The notes beneath the pieces are model-generated. The model did no database searches and was not told where the DNA came from. It saw nothing but the letters and a program-made list of their open reading frames with translations. Source: Raillietiella orientalis (Eukaryota). Taken from it: a DNA stretch of 64,000 bases. The translations under genes and the position numbers were made by a program. Positions within the stretch are counted from its first letter, which is position 1, and every line of letters starts with the position of its first letter. Positions 25,950 to 38,600 of this stretch are shown in pieces. The stretch is from contig JAYWIR010000014.1 of the NCBI GenBank assembly GCA_036172245.1, forward strand, positions 434,001 to 498,000. The letters run 5' to 3'.

Positions 25950-27300
25950 AAAAAATCACAAAAAACAAAAAAATTAAGAAAGAAAAGGGGGAGGGAAATG
26001 TTTTCTGGGGGAAGAGGGAAGGGAAGGGATCACTACTCGCCGCGGGTGGTCCTCTGCATCCGGTTTTGGATGAGGACAAGTGCTGGTCTTAAAGTTAGAA
26101 GCCGGTGCCATCGGGAAGCCTTCTCCATGGAGATGGCTGCCCAGTGAATGGCATTCCGGCTGCTGCGGTCTCTCCTCGACGCAGTCCATTTGTCCAGGAT
26201 TCCGCGTATATAACAGAGAACTGCTACACATGCGGCTGCTGGCAGGCCGTCCCGCGTCAGGAGACGACGGAAAATGTTCTTTAGGTCTCCAACCGGAACG
26301 TTCAGACTCGATGATAGTCGATTCCACATTGGTCGTAGGGCGATACACTCTATTAGTAGGTGGAGAAAGGTTTCCCTTTCCCCGCAGCCAGCATAACTGG
26401 CATCCAGACTCCCACCAGTCCAGTGAGAGAAGCGTGCTCTGCAAAGTAGTTCCCAATGCAACACAAGCAGCCCCGTTTCTTACCAATCTAAGGGGAGAGT
26501 GCCATTGTCCCATAGCTCTGGGGGCCACTTCACCTCCTCCGGAGGTATGCCGAGCGCACAAGTCCTTTAGACGGGACAGCGTCCACTAGCTCCCGAGTTG
26601 TCCACTCCAGTACCAGTTTTTTCCAGCCTCTGATGAGGCGGGACACTTCCCACGATGCCCATCTCCTGCAGGGGCCGTCCAGCTTACCTGTCTCTACGGA
26701 GGCAGCTGGCAGATTCGGATTGCCAGGCCTGCCTCTCAGTCCCAGCTTTGTATTCCGCCAGGAGACGGACGTCAGTTTTGTTGGAAAAACGACGGGCGTG
26801 AAGGTACTTCCTTTCGTTCCTCAACCGTTCATTGAAACGTGGAGGAAGATGGTGAAGGGGAAACTGGTCGCAGAACTCTCGGACTTGGCGTTTCTTTTTG
26901 TTCCAGTCTTTGAGCGTCTACAGTTCGACATTTCGTAGCAATGCACGGAGGTGTTCATGTGCTCCTGCGAGGCTTAACCCAGCAGGCGTCGCACTTCGGA
27001 ACGTGGGCCTCTGTCTCGCGGATGTATGTGAAGCACTAGCCAGGGATGGTCAGACAGCTCTGACGGGGGTTCTCCTCGAGTTCCCATCCATGTGCACAGG
27101 TGGTTGTGGAGGAGCATGTGGTGGATGCTGTTCGTCACCTCGGCATCACTGGCCAACAAGTTGCAAGTTCGAGAAATGGTTGCGCCGTGGGTTCCGAGCT
27201 CCCCCCCCCCCTCCTCCCTCACAAGACGACGCTGCTTGGCCTATGGGATTCGTGTGCGGCATTGCTGGAAACCTGATGCCCCCGTTGACTGGCCGGGATT
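25950..27300 (-). mobile_element. 5'-truncated L1/Tx1-type LINE remnant (LINE C)
   Basis: REEGGGELG (~27220, GGLG-like); YAGCGERETFLHLLIECIALRPMW zf-RVT (ORF 26033..26464); T-rich 3' region on the minus strand at 25950-26030. Confidence 0.75.
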
Positions 27301-27480
27301 GAAAGTTGACTTTCCGAAGGCTTTTCAGGAATCTAAGAGATAGTTCCCTTCAGAGTATCTCTTTCAGTTGTGAAATTTGGAGTCGTCTCATCCTAGGAAG
27401 GGCCCTTTCCTTCGTTCCGTGGAGTTGGTTTCCCTCGGGCGGAACTGCCTCTTCAGAGTGTAAGAAGAAGCGTAATGCTC

Positions 27481-27700
27481 CCTTCGGGGAGAGACCTTCG
27501 GAGAAATCTGGAAATGTCCCTTCGGGGTTCTCTTCAGAGGAGGAAACGAGGAGTGGACCTTTTTGGGGTTTCCTCCAGAGAGAATAAAGTAGAATCTCCT
27601 TTCGGGGATCTCTTCGGAAAAGAAATGAGGAGCGGCCCTCTTTGGAGGTTTCTCCGAAGAGAATTAGGAAGAGGCCCTTCCGGGATTCCTCTACCAATCA
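27481..27700. repeat. Degenerate tandem repeat, ~39-40 bp unit (alternating ~80 bp dimer), about 6 units
   Basis: ttcgggg-like cores at 27483, 27521, 27561, 27601, 27641 and 27678. Alternate units are more similar (27521 versus 27601 blocks). Confidence 0.7.
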
Positions 27701-27959
27701 TGAGAGGAACAGACTCCTTCCTTCGAAGCCTTCCCGAATCCATAGAGTGGTCCCTCCGGCGTTACTCCTTAACTTGAAGGGTCACATGCACCTTCGGAAG
27801 GCGTGGGTAGAGTCAAAGAGTTTCGTGAGCCTCCCTAAGGAGAAGAATGGGCCTTCAGCACTTGGCGAATCCAGAAAAAAGAAATGTATCGCAATCCTAA
27901 TCCCTAATCTAAAGGTGCTGACTTCAGAAAAACTCAAAGGATCCAAAGTTGTTCGCTGA

Positions 27960-30900
27960 CTTGGTCATTGAAGTTAACAAACATAAGAAATGGATCCTGA
28001 AGGCGAGAGCCAATAACTAGGAGGAACTCAAGTACACTTATCAACTGAACACCAATAAAGAAATAACTGGTGCTCAGCTTATCTACTCTTCATGACGAAG
28101 TCATTTTCTATTAAAAGGGAAAATAAAGTTGGAGTATTAATATGGAATGTCGAGTAGCTCAGCTGTTCGAGATGATTAAGATTGATTTGTCTATGATCGA
28201 CTTTAATGAACTTTTCTCAGGGATTTGTTAATAAGGGTACGTTTTTAATGAAGGATAAATTTGGAAATTGAAAGACAGCCTCCCAGAACTCCGAGGGCCT
28301 CCTTAAAATACAACCTGCTTTTCTGGCGTGTCCAAGCTTTTGGGTGAGAACCGGTGAACCATTGGATCTAAACCAGGAAACCTCGCTATGTGTGTCTTCG
28401 ATGTGATGTAAGAAAATTTGGTTAGGACGAATAAATATGTAACATCATCCATTAAATACTCAAGCATCTCAATCATTCTAAATTTCGTTCCTTCATAAAT
28501 ACCTTTTTTCTCTTTTATTCGTGGCAAAGTAGAGTGTTTTTCTTGAATGGGGTGTGCTTACGTGTGCAATAAACAACTTGATGACCTCTCTCGGTTACAT
28601 TTTTCTATGGATGTCTTTCAAACAAACGATTTCCTCTCTGCAAATGACTTGTCAGAAATTATTCAAGAAATGGAAGCCTTCACACCAGAACTAAAGATTT
28701 GTTCGCTGTGATTAGAAGTTATGCATTGTCTACAGAACTGCTAATTACTTTTGCCAGTGACTGAAGCATGACACAAATGTTACAAGGAATCACACAAAGT
28801 ATTAGACAGCAATAAAGAAAAGGTTAGCGGCGATTCTATTGACGTACAATTGATATCCCTGGGATAAGTGGCTACTAAAACTGAAGCTCTCAAAAGTTTA
28901 GAAAATTATCCATTTTTTAGAATTTTTCTGTACATCAAAGAATTCGCTCTTTTCACAAGGAATCGATAGGAGAAGAATTCTTTGCACTGCGAAACAAATT
29001 CTTCCTGTTCGAAAAGTTCTACCAACAACGCAATCGATGTACGTATTCACATATGCGCGTGTAACTAAGACTACACTCAGAATATATCTGGCATAATATA
29101 ACTGGTAATATACTTTACATGTGTGGTAAAAATGTAGTGAAGCAAAGAACATGCAATATAGAGTACACACACTGGAATGTATGTACATTGCGAAGCGAAT
29201 CACATCCTTTGGAAATTGGTCATCGAATCCTTGCTTTCTTTTTGCTAGTTCTTTGCATTGTCCTTTGCTTCTTGGTCACCTTCTCTTGCTTTCTTTCTCG
29301 AATAATCATGGTTGATATTGAGACTCAAATTGAATCCTCCTCTAAATGCTCCTGAATATTTATTTATTTATTTTGTTAAAATTCAGAGAAAAAACACGAG
29401 ATTATTAGCAAAAAATTGATGATTTGGGACTCCGGTCTTCGAGATTGCTTAGAAAGTCTGCAGAGGACATTATGTAGGAAAACTCCAATGGGTATGTTTG
29501 CCTACCGCTAGACTTTGAGGATGTTGTTTGTTGTAGGAGCAAGGAATTATTTCAAAAAACTTATCTCAGGCCTTCTGATGGTATTAGGGACAAAACATTC
29601 TTCTTAATAATATCGTCTGAGAGTTGCAATATCTAGGCTATTAAAAGATTAAAGTAGAACTGATTACGTGTCCTCCAATGCGGTGGCACATTAGAGCTTC
29701 AAGGCATTTTCTCTTATGAGGAAACCTCGTTGTAATATCCAAAATGTTCGTGCACATCCTAAGAAAGGGATGTATCATTGTTATAGGAACTCATTTTACA
29801 CTGCTCACGGAAAAAGAAGCAATTTTTCTGTGTGGTACCGTAGAATAAGTTGCAAATTACTCTTTTTCGATGGAGGAGATTTCATGGCATGGAGGTACAA
29901 GACCGTCTTTGAAATAGGACTGCTTACTGCTGCGGAACAATCAGGAGGAAATATCCCTCTCTATCTGTATTCAAAAGCTTGCAGTTCCAAGAGGTCTGAA
30001 AGCTAAGATCGTCTCAATCTTGTCAAATCGGGTGAAACCGGAAATGGTGGAAAAACCGCTGAACTTCACCCCAAATGTGGTTTCTCAAGGAATTCGATTC
30101 TCATGCAGACTAATTTGAAACTGTGCATTCAGGGAGGGGCAAGGGGAGGGGGCGAATAAAAACCTGTGACGAAACGGAATTTGACAGAATCCTAATGCAG
30201 TCCAAGATGTTCACCAGCCTCGGCGCTCTGTCGACTAGCGGAAGTGGACCACAGCGGTGAGTTTCTGATGGCCGCTCTGCAAGTTGGGTTCTCTAGATGT
30301 TTTGGAGATATAGCTCGCTCGCATTCCAAGAAAGAGAATTGCTGAAGAAGGTAAGGAATATAAGAGTTACTTTGTTTTTAGGATCTACAGCAATTCAAGG
30401 AGCACATTCATCTGCTCAAGGATGGAGATATTTGTTTTAACCCAGGGAAGACAACTACTCTTACTTGTCAAAAAGGAAGTGAAGAGGGGAATTCATTCGA
30501 AGTGCTGAGATCTATAGGAACAACTGTCTAAGTATATTACAATGAGAATGTTATGTTGAAGATTTGCTACTTTGAATGGATGACGTGGATAGAAAGCAAC
30601 AGCTTGCTCATATCTGTATTATTTCTCCATTATGCCTTAAACAGTTCTATCACTAAGGCGTACACAGTAGGACATTCTTTTTGGATACAGAGAGTGTTTG
30701 GCACTTATTATGCTGAAAGAATTCTCTTACACAATTCCAAAGCAAAACAACTAGGAAAAGCTGAGGAAGACTTAAGAAGAGTGTCATTGTGCTCGATGAG
30801 AGCTTGAAGAGAAGGTGATGAGCTTCCTCCCCGATGTAAAAGTCACTTATAGTGATTACCATTCCTCAGAGATCTACACCCATTTCCACAGCAAATCATT

Positions 30901-32850
30901 GTGAAAAGAGAGCCACTGATCAGGCCAGATGGGGATTCCAGGATTTCTGGAAGCGCTGGAGAAACATCTGAAGCTCTTGTTATGGAGCCATAATTGATCA
31001 TGAAATTGAATGATAACTGGACTAGCATTTCTGAGCTTTGGTCCTCCCAGCAGAACTGTATTTCCATTTCGAAATACTAGATGAAGCTTCATGATATGTT
31101 CACTAGATGGGTTTCCACGTTAATCTCGAGTTCCGAATACTTCGTTTACAGATGCGAATTGATACGAAAAAAATCAAAGATCAATAGATTTTTTAGGAAC
31201 CGCTAGGATGGTTTCAGAGGAAACTTACATTTGAGACCGAATCTCTTTGGGAAATCGCTTCACTCTCCTTTTTTCTTGCTTTTCTTAAACCAGAAAGGTT
31301 AAAAATGCTTACCAGGAAACTTAAAGATCTTCAAGAACAGCAGAGGGTTTGGGAAAACTTCTGCTATTCTTTCGTTGACTGCTTCCTTTGTGTGGTAGGA
31401 GCTAGAATCCTCAAAGGAAGCTTTCTTCATAGACTTCTCTTTCGGTTGGCTGGATGGTCCTTGACAAATCCTCTTCGGTTACGGGAGTCTCTTCCAAATC
31501 AGAATTGATTCCAGTTTGCTTCCAATCAGTGCTCTGGTCTCTGCAATGTCTTTACATTTACCCAAATCAGTACCTCCGATTATTAGCTTTTCTGACTCAA
31601 CAGACGTCCTTTGGATTCGCTTTAACCTTTCCCTCGACTTCAGGAGAGCTAGTTCTTAGCTAGAGAGAACTAAAACAATCAGAAGTTGGCATATAGAAAC
31701 TTCGGAAACCAGGAAGCAAAAGTGGTCAGAGACCGGTTAAATCAAAAGAAGGAAAAAGGGATGGTAATAAAGAAAGACCTGGTTGCCAAGCACATCAAAA
31801 GTGGGACGTTTCATACCCTTTGAGAGAATTCTACTCAATTCAAAGAGCAGAATCAAGCTAGTCGGGAATAGGAAATTCAAGAACAGCTGCCGTGATGAGG
31901 AATATGAAAGAGTCTATAAGAGAAATAAGCCGATCGGTCTGTGTTTAAAGGAGAATCCCTTATGAAACGGCGATTTGCATTTTTTCAAAGTTACGAAATC
32001 CATATCGACTTGAGAGTGGCTTGTGTTCTGATCTCTATCGACAGGCTACTAACCGCTCAGATCCCAACGAAAGCTGTCTAAAAACGATACGTTCATGCAA
32101 CAGGAATTGCCATCCAAGGAAGGAGTTCTGAAGATCAAGTCAAATCTGCGCTCACGTACTGCTTCCTTTTTATCGAAAAAAGTGCGTGACTGAAAAGCTG
32201 ATCAAGACATTGATCAAAGGCCAGCGACGCCTAGTCTGTCACAAATTCACCAGACGAAAATGCTCACCTTTTGAGTTCATCTTTTGAGTTCTGTTAGGAA
32301 TACAGATTGAGATCCACAAAGACAATTAGAAAGGGAAACAAACTCTTTTCTAGCTCAGAGGACCCACGTCGGAAGGGAATCACTGCCATGGGAAGTGCAG
32401 ATTTGCATCCTCCTTTGCCACCATCCCAATCTCAGATGAATTGGATGTGTTCATCTCGGTACACAGCTCTTTACTCTGTTGCTCTATAAGAGAAGTCGAA
32501 TTGTCTAGGAATTCTGCAGTCGTAAAAGAGCCTTTAGTTCAATCAGAAGGAATTCTCGGTTGTTGATCTAGATTACTCACAACTTATCTAAAGAGCATCT
32601 GTTATTAATGGAGACCTTCCTTCCCTCGATCTCACTGATCAGGTGGACAGCGCTGTCACAGAAAAATCGAGTTTTCAGTGAGAATAGACACGAACATCCT
32701 GTGTTTTATGACTCCAAAAACCAACGGGCTACATCTTTCTGAAATAGAAACTCGTGGAATGCTCTGCATTTTCTTGGAGACCATCGTTGACCAAAAAAGT
32801 AGCGTGTCAGAAAAGGGATGGTAGTCTATTACCAGTTCATTGGTTCACTT
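27960..32850 (-). pseudogene. Orthobunya/tospo-like L EVE (EVE-E), endonuclease through RdRp motif E, 3'-truncated
   Basis: HEFLF (~32756); INNREFLLIELK (32567-32532, cf. INNVLYIIDYK); SLPQLFLVVLLW and LSVSKKNVLLCTP (ORF 30653..30862, cf. SSPGLFLTTCLL and LSITKSMLSLTEP); SKQ..EDR (~29450); QG.INCTS (~28861-28840, motif B); SVDNA (28736-28722, SDDN-like, 42 codons after B); SRKT...KRE (~28545-28510, D/E). Confidence 0.7.
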
Positions 32851-32944
32851 ATGAGAACACATTGGTGTTCTTTGTTGAAAAGCTGATCTTTAGACAAATA
32901 TTCAACAATTCAAGTGTTCCCTATCGAAGTTGGCGCTTCTTCGG

Positions 32945-33045
32945 ACGGGTTTACCTTCGAGGTTCGAACCCCACACCCCGAGTTCGGATCCTTTCACCGT
33001 TAGGTCAAACCTGTCTGCTCGGTTTCTAGATCTGCTCGCGTCACG
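32945..33045 (+). repeat. Array of tRNA T-arm/3'-end-like fragments (array 3)
   Basis: cgaggttcgaaccccacaccc / cgagttcggatcctttcaccg / ttaggtcaaacctgtctgct / cggtttctagatctgctcg. Period about 20-21 nt. Confidence 0.6.
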
Positions 33046-33049
33046 AGGC

Positions 33050-36000
33050 TTGCAGTCATCTTCTGATGACTCAAATATTCCTTCTCGGCTGCTTGGATCG
33101 TACATAAATCATCACACCGTCGTCAGGCTCGCGTATTAGTGGGGGACGACTGTTTGTCGCTCGAGAGATCGAAAATTTTGATCACATCGTTTGTGGAAAA
33201 ATATCCACCTGTCTTTTTGTAATCCAACAAGTGGACTGTGGTTTCCGGTATATAGCATTTGATTGGACATGCCTTCAGGGAAGGATGGCCCACCGCGACG
33301 ATTAGGTGTGCCCGTCAAACAGTTGCAATCCCTAGGCAGGTGAACACGCTTGAGCCTCCTGCCGGATGGTGGAGGCTCAAGTGTGGAGTCAAGCGTCACC
33401 AAACGTGGATCAATCTCCACGTTGACAAAGATGTTCTCCAAGAGACGGAAGCTGGGAAATACGGAGGAATGGGACCTGTCAAGAATGGGGTCAAACGCCC
33501 TTGAAGTCCGTTTCCTTTGAAACGAGACCGGTGCGCAACGGAGCAGTACCATAGATCTGTCTCACACTGTACAAGAAGAATGTAGACCTCGAGAGAATAC
33601 GGGCTTTAGTACCACATGCAAAGGTTTTCGGGATCCAAATGGATACTGTCGTGTTGACAGAGGCCCTCTACGAGAACAGGGAATCACCATCCTAAATGGG
33701 CACTGCTGTGAAAGGGGTCGGCGAAACGGAGACGGAGACTGTATACCAGCGCTGAATGAGTCTCCACCCTCCCTGTAAATTGATATGAGGCTTTGTTGCT
33801 GGTTTCGGAGAGGTGAAGGAGGCAAAGATCGAACGTATCCTAGGTAATGTCTTCTAGAGAGAATCACGCGTCAAAGTTAGACTAGACGACATTTCCCAGA
33901 TTCCAGGAGTTATGAGACTTCGGTGCATCCTCCCTGGATGTGAAGATCACTTGCAGAAACACCCCAGATTCTGCAAAAAGTTCAGTTAATGAGTCACTGC
34001 ATCAGAGTAAATGTTCGACCAAAAAAGACATTTGCGATAAGCATGAACTGAATTGTTTCTTGAAAAATCACAGAACACAAAGCGAGGATGTGAGAAGCAC
34101 CAGCAGGGGCTGCAAATGCAGGACAAACACAAAGCCAGGAGACGGTAGAGAAACCTCGCATAAAAAAGACAAAACAACGAACGAAGGGATCGACCACGTA
34201 TGGAAAAGCTTCGAGGCTGGGGTAATGCCGAAATGCGAGACCAGGAATCAAATAAAGAACTTGTGGATCAAGAACCACGAGATGATAATTCCACGCGAAA
34301 ATAAACCGGATTAGCAGAAGGCCACTAAGAAAAGGTAAAATGACTTGAAAAACTCATAGAGAAGATCAGAAATGCTGAGGAAGAGCATCAAATTCTTTGC
34401 AATTTTTCCACTGAAATACTGACCCATGTCGCTAATGGTGCCATCCCCACTCATTCTGAAAGACGAAGAGCGAAATGCTCATCTTTAGGGCAGAGAAGAA
34501 AACCTCTCAGAGGAATCAAGCAGGATAACTCAACTGGAGTCTTTTGCGAGGAAATGCGATGTCGTTCAGCAGCTGCGTCTCACGATCAGTCGCCTCGTGG
34601 TCAAACATCAAAAAGCTAGACGAGGAACAAAAATCAATTGTGATGAAAGCACGGATCACAAAGAGGTCGACAGGGAGTGAAAACCAAAGAGCGGACTCCA
34701 AAGGAAAACCCTAAACCAGGTCGTTCGAAAGGTTACCAGAAAGCTAAGTATGCAGACACGCGAGACGAAATTCGTTACTTCATGGCCGGTCCCGGCAGTA
34801 CCTGGCCTGGAAGTGGAACCATCAGGCATTCGTTAAAGGAGCGACATGAAGGAGAAAACAGGAGTCTTCAAAGAGGAAAGTCAGTGTTTCTTATGAGACG
34901 AAAAGATGGAGGATGAAAATTGCAAATGTTTTTCTTTCTGCTTGTCTGTTTCTTGATGTTATAACCAATAAACTACTACACTATTGGTCAGAATGGGGAG
35001 ACGTTTGAAATGTCGCCTAGATGGTTAAACCAGTAGATCTTCCAGCTCCGTTGGATGCTGGGCAACACCCTCATCTTACTGAGAGCGATTCTCACACGTT
35101 ATTGAAATTCCGGCTCTTGCTGCACATCGTCAGTCTTGTAATCCCAGGATTTCAATGGACCGGCAATGATCACGCGAGCTGACGCTTCAACTCCTGAAAG
35201 GGAAAAGGAAAGCAATTGATTACAAAAGTTTTCTTCATTCTATTCACATGCCTTCTTGAGAGCTTCTAGTTGCTTTAGAATATCTCAGTATGATGACGGG
35301 GTTCGCTCTGCTCAGCAATCATTCTTTCGCTATCAGAGTCTTTGTTGAGAATGTCTCCTAAAAATGCCGGGACAGGTATATGTCGAAGTATTTCGAGGTC
35401 ATCATTGATCTGGCGTACAATGAACGACGCCGAGAGTGAAAAGTCTACCAACACCAGTCTGTTGCTGAGAGCTTTGCTCTTGCATTCGAGTCCAGGATGT
35501 ATCATGACCCTAAAAGGATAAGAGAAAGCATTGAGAATAGGAACCACCAACCACTCGAACTACAGACGTAGCATGAATTGAGTGCAGTGCCGATTCTAAA
35601 TGAAATGGGGGACTTGTAGGATATCATCAAGAATAAAGCTTTCAAAAGTTAGTTGTTTATAGAAAGACTGCAAACTGTGACCGACAGTAAACTTCCAGTT
35701 TTCTTGGATTCCACGGGAAAAACTCTAGACGAAACTGGAGACTGATCCGTAGCGTGGCAACAAGATAAGCTGTTTTTTTCTGATTTCGATGACGGGTTAT
35801 CATAGCTGGTTGCAATCCTAGCAGCAGGCATGGACATAAACACAACTGGATGCGAAGACAAGTCAAAGGTTCTCATATCCTTATAGGAATTGTGCTCTAA
35901 AATTTCTTCAGGATTTCCTTTCACCTTCAATGATTTATAATCATAATTCTTGAAGGAGACATTGTTCCTTCCATCACAGTCTCATCTGTTTCCAATAAAG

Positions 36001-38600
36001 GCTGAAAGCTTTTTTTAAATCATCAAGATTTTTACAGAACATGAAAATGTATCTTCGTTTTTAGAAGCTCAAACTGAGCCGTGATATTTGGAACTGCTCC
36101 CCATATCTGATTCTTCCTTCTGTAGAAATCCTTTTTTTTTTCAACATGCTCTTCAAAGTTTGCAGTTTTTATTTATATGATTTAGTGCTTCCTCAGTCTC
36201 CATCCCATCATCCTAAAAGAATTTTTTTAACACCCACTTTTCTGGTACCATGCAGAGGTATTTTTCATCTCATACGGTAGCCAATCACCAGTACCTCATA
36301 TACAAATACTGCTGTGGGGAGCTTTTCTGATTGAGTAGTTTAAAGCCACTTGTTTTTGGAGGTCGAAGAGGGAGTTTTTCTGGAAACGTAGATCCTTCTC
36401 GAAGTCCACCGCTGCCTCCTGAGGCAAGTGTCAGATAAGGTAATTTGAGGATCAGCAGCTTCCACCTCTCTGATAACGACAACGAATCTCTCCTAGAGCC
36501 ATAATTCCGAACCATTGGTCATGAGGCTTCCTGACACCTCTTGTATGCTGAAGCACCTTTGCGTCATCCCGCTTTTTCAGCTGTTTTATCTGGGCTTTAC
36601 ACTACCCGTTCTTTGGCATGTTGTCTGCTTCGTATGAAACATCAGCGTTATCTGAATCTCCTCACATGTATAGGTAATTCTGGAAGACCCAGATCTTTGT
36701 AAAGAACCAAGAAAGATATTGAAGATAAGCTGAGTGACGATCGTGAAGTGTCCCTCGTCCTTCCCTTCATCCAGTCTCACAAAGTGCACTAGAAGCTCGA
36801 AGAAGGCTGTTCTGGAACTTCTGGACATTCCGAAACCAGCTCACTCATTTAAGAAACAAGTGATCTAGGCACCAAGGACAATTCGAGAAATTTGCTCCTT
36901 ATGATTTTCGGGCTTTTAGACAATCTTTGGGAGCGTAGGAACAGGAGAAGGGAAGATTTTAGCAGAAGGATGCTGAGCACCTTGCAAGTCTTCGAAATCT
37001 CCAGGGAATGGGCTAAGCATACGAGCTTTGTCTCATCAGACTTTGAGAGAGTCCCATTTATTTAGACACACGGACTATCCTGAAGTCCTCAGGCAACAAA
37101 TCTAATCGACTTGTATTGAATTCATCCCTCCCTTTTCTTTCTATTTTTGTATTATACTCCTCCAGATATCCCTCCACCTCTGGATTACGACTACTTGGAA
37201 CTCAGTTCAGCAAGATCCAGCAGATTTTGTTATGATAGCAATTAACCAAAGAGATAGTGCGAAATCTACCTTCGCGTCTTATGGTTGCATCTTCGTCAGT
37301 AATGGACCTTTTTACTTTGGTGTTTTTCCTGGTGGAATTCGGATTCAAACTACCAGTCATCTCTGATTGAGACTGTGACCCTAAGTGAGTCGTCAGTGGG
37401 AGAGGCTGATTCGAAGCAGCAAAGTTGTTCCTCCGAAGCAGAACTCGTCCAAAAACTGATTGATTTCGTGATTATTTAAGATCGATTCCCTTTTCAGATG
37501 GATGGAACTTTTGCGTATCAGTGCCATCCTGCAGACGTTGACGAAGACTTTCCAGGAAACTTTTTCCCCCTCTTTGCGAGATCCTTCGGCGCTTCGCGCT
37601 CTTCAAATTCTTGGATTCCGATTCCGGAATTCCAAAAGCGCAGAAGGCTAACTTCTCCACCTTCTCTCTCTCTTTCTGTCTTTTTCTCCTTGAAGAGTTC
37701 CAGCACGAGATCTCAAGTCTTCTCATGCACAGTCATGTTCCTAGACAGCCTCACAGTAGTCATGAAAGTCAAATTCTAGAAGGCTGTGAAGAACAAAACT
37801 TTGAAACAGGAAAGGAGGAAGGAATGGCTTCTTTAAGTGTCTCTAGAAAGATCGGTTCGTCTATCACCTTCGAAGTCCGTGCTCTTTCACTCTTCAAAGT
37901 CGACCACTTTCGCAAAGCAACCTTCGCTCATTATGACTTCCTTGGTCGGGATAAAACTCAGCCTTTTGCCTGAGAAATATCCAGAACAGAGCTTGAATGG
38001 AAGCAGATCAGATAATGCTGATCTCTGGCCTTCTGTACTTTGTTTACTGCGAGGATTGCTGCCACAGCGATCGGTTGTCTTCAAGGAGTCTTCTCTCTGG
38101 CAACCTCCGCTCTTATTTTCATTTTCTCCTTGCTCAAGAAGTTCTTTCGGCGCCGTTCTCCCTTGTCAAGGAAAGGACACTGAGATACCAGAATGAGCTA
38201 AGTTCGGAGAAACTTGTACGAACTTAGTGCCCAAAGAGAGTCTTTTCCAATCCAGCAGTGGGAAAAAGCTCATGCTCTTCCTACAATGCATATTCTTATT
38301 CCCTCCATCTCGGAAGCTGTCACGCTGTTTTCATGATCTCCTCGAGATGAAGGAGGTTTGAGATGGGGACCAGTGCACCAGAAAATCGACTCTGGGGATT
38401 TACGTTACGATTTCATTTCCCTCAGTGAGTCATAGAGACAAGACTGGACTCTGCGTAGGGGTAAACTGCTTTCTCCAGCTCTCGGATGTGGCGGAGTCTG
38501 CTACTCTTTCATGCTTTCAAGACTTCATTTTCTGATGGACACCTCAGCACGAACTGAAAGCTCTTTTCATGTGAGAGGATATCCGACGACTCGGGAGAAC
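33050..38600 (-). pseudogene. Phasma-like bunyaviral L EVE (EVE-F); core supported at ~35280-36520
   Basis: NYGSRR(E)FVV (~36505-36475, premotif A); HG(D)QK(K)W (~36252-36234, motif A); MEG..NNVS (~35980-35955, motif B); IATSYDN (35816-35796, TSDDN with one substitution); HIPVPAFLG (~35370). A-to-B about 85 codons, B-to-C about 55 codons. Outer limits are inferred. Confidence 0.65.

Noticed and set aside
33986..34278. Hydrophobic, Cys-rich minus-strand ORFs resembling a bunyaviral Gn tail (CxxCxxxxHP)
   Set aside because: Falls where the EVE-F L C-terminus is expected and no Gc features follow; probably compositional, though not excluded.
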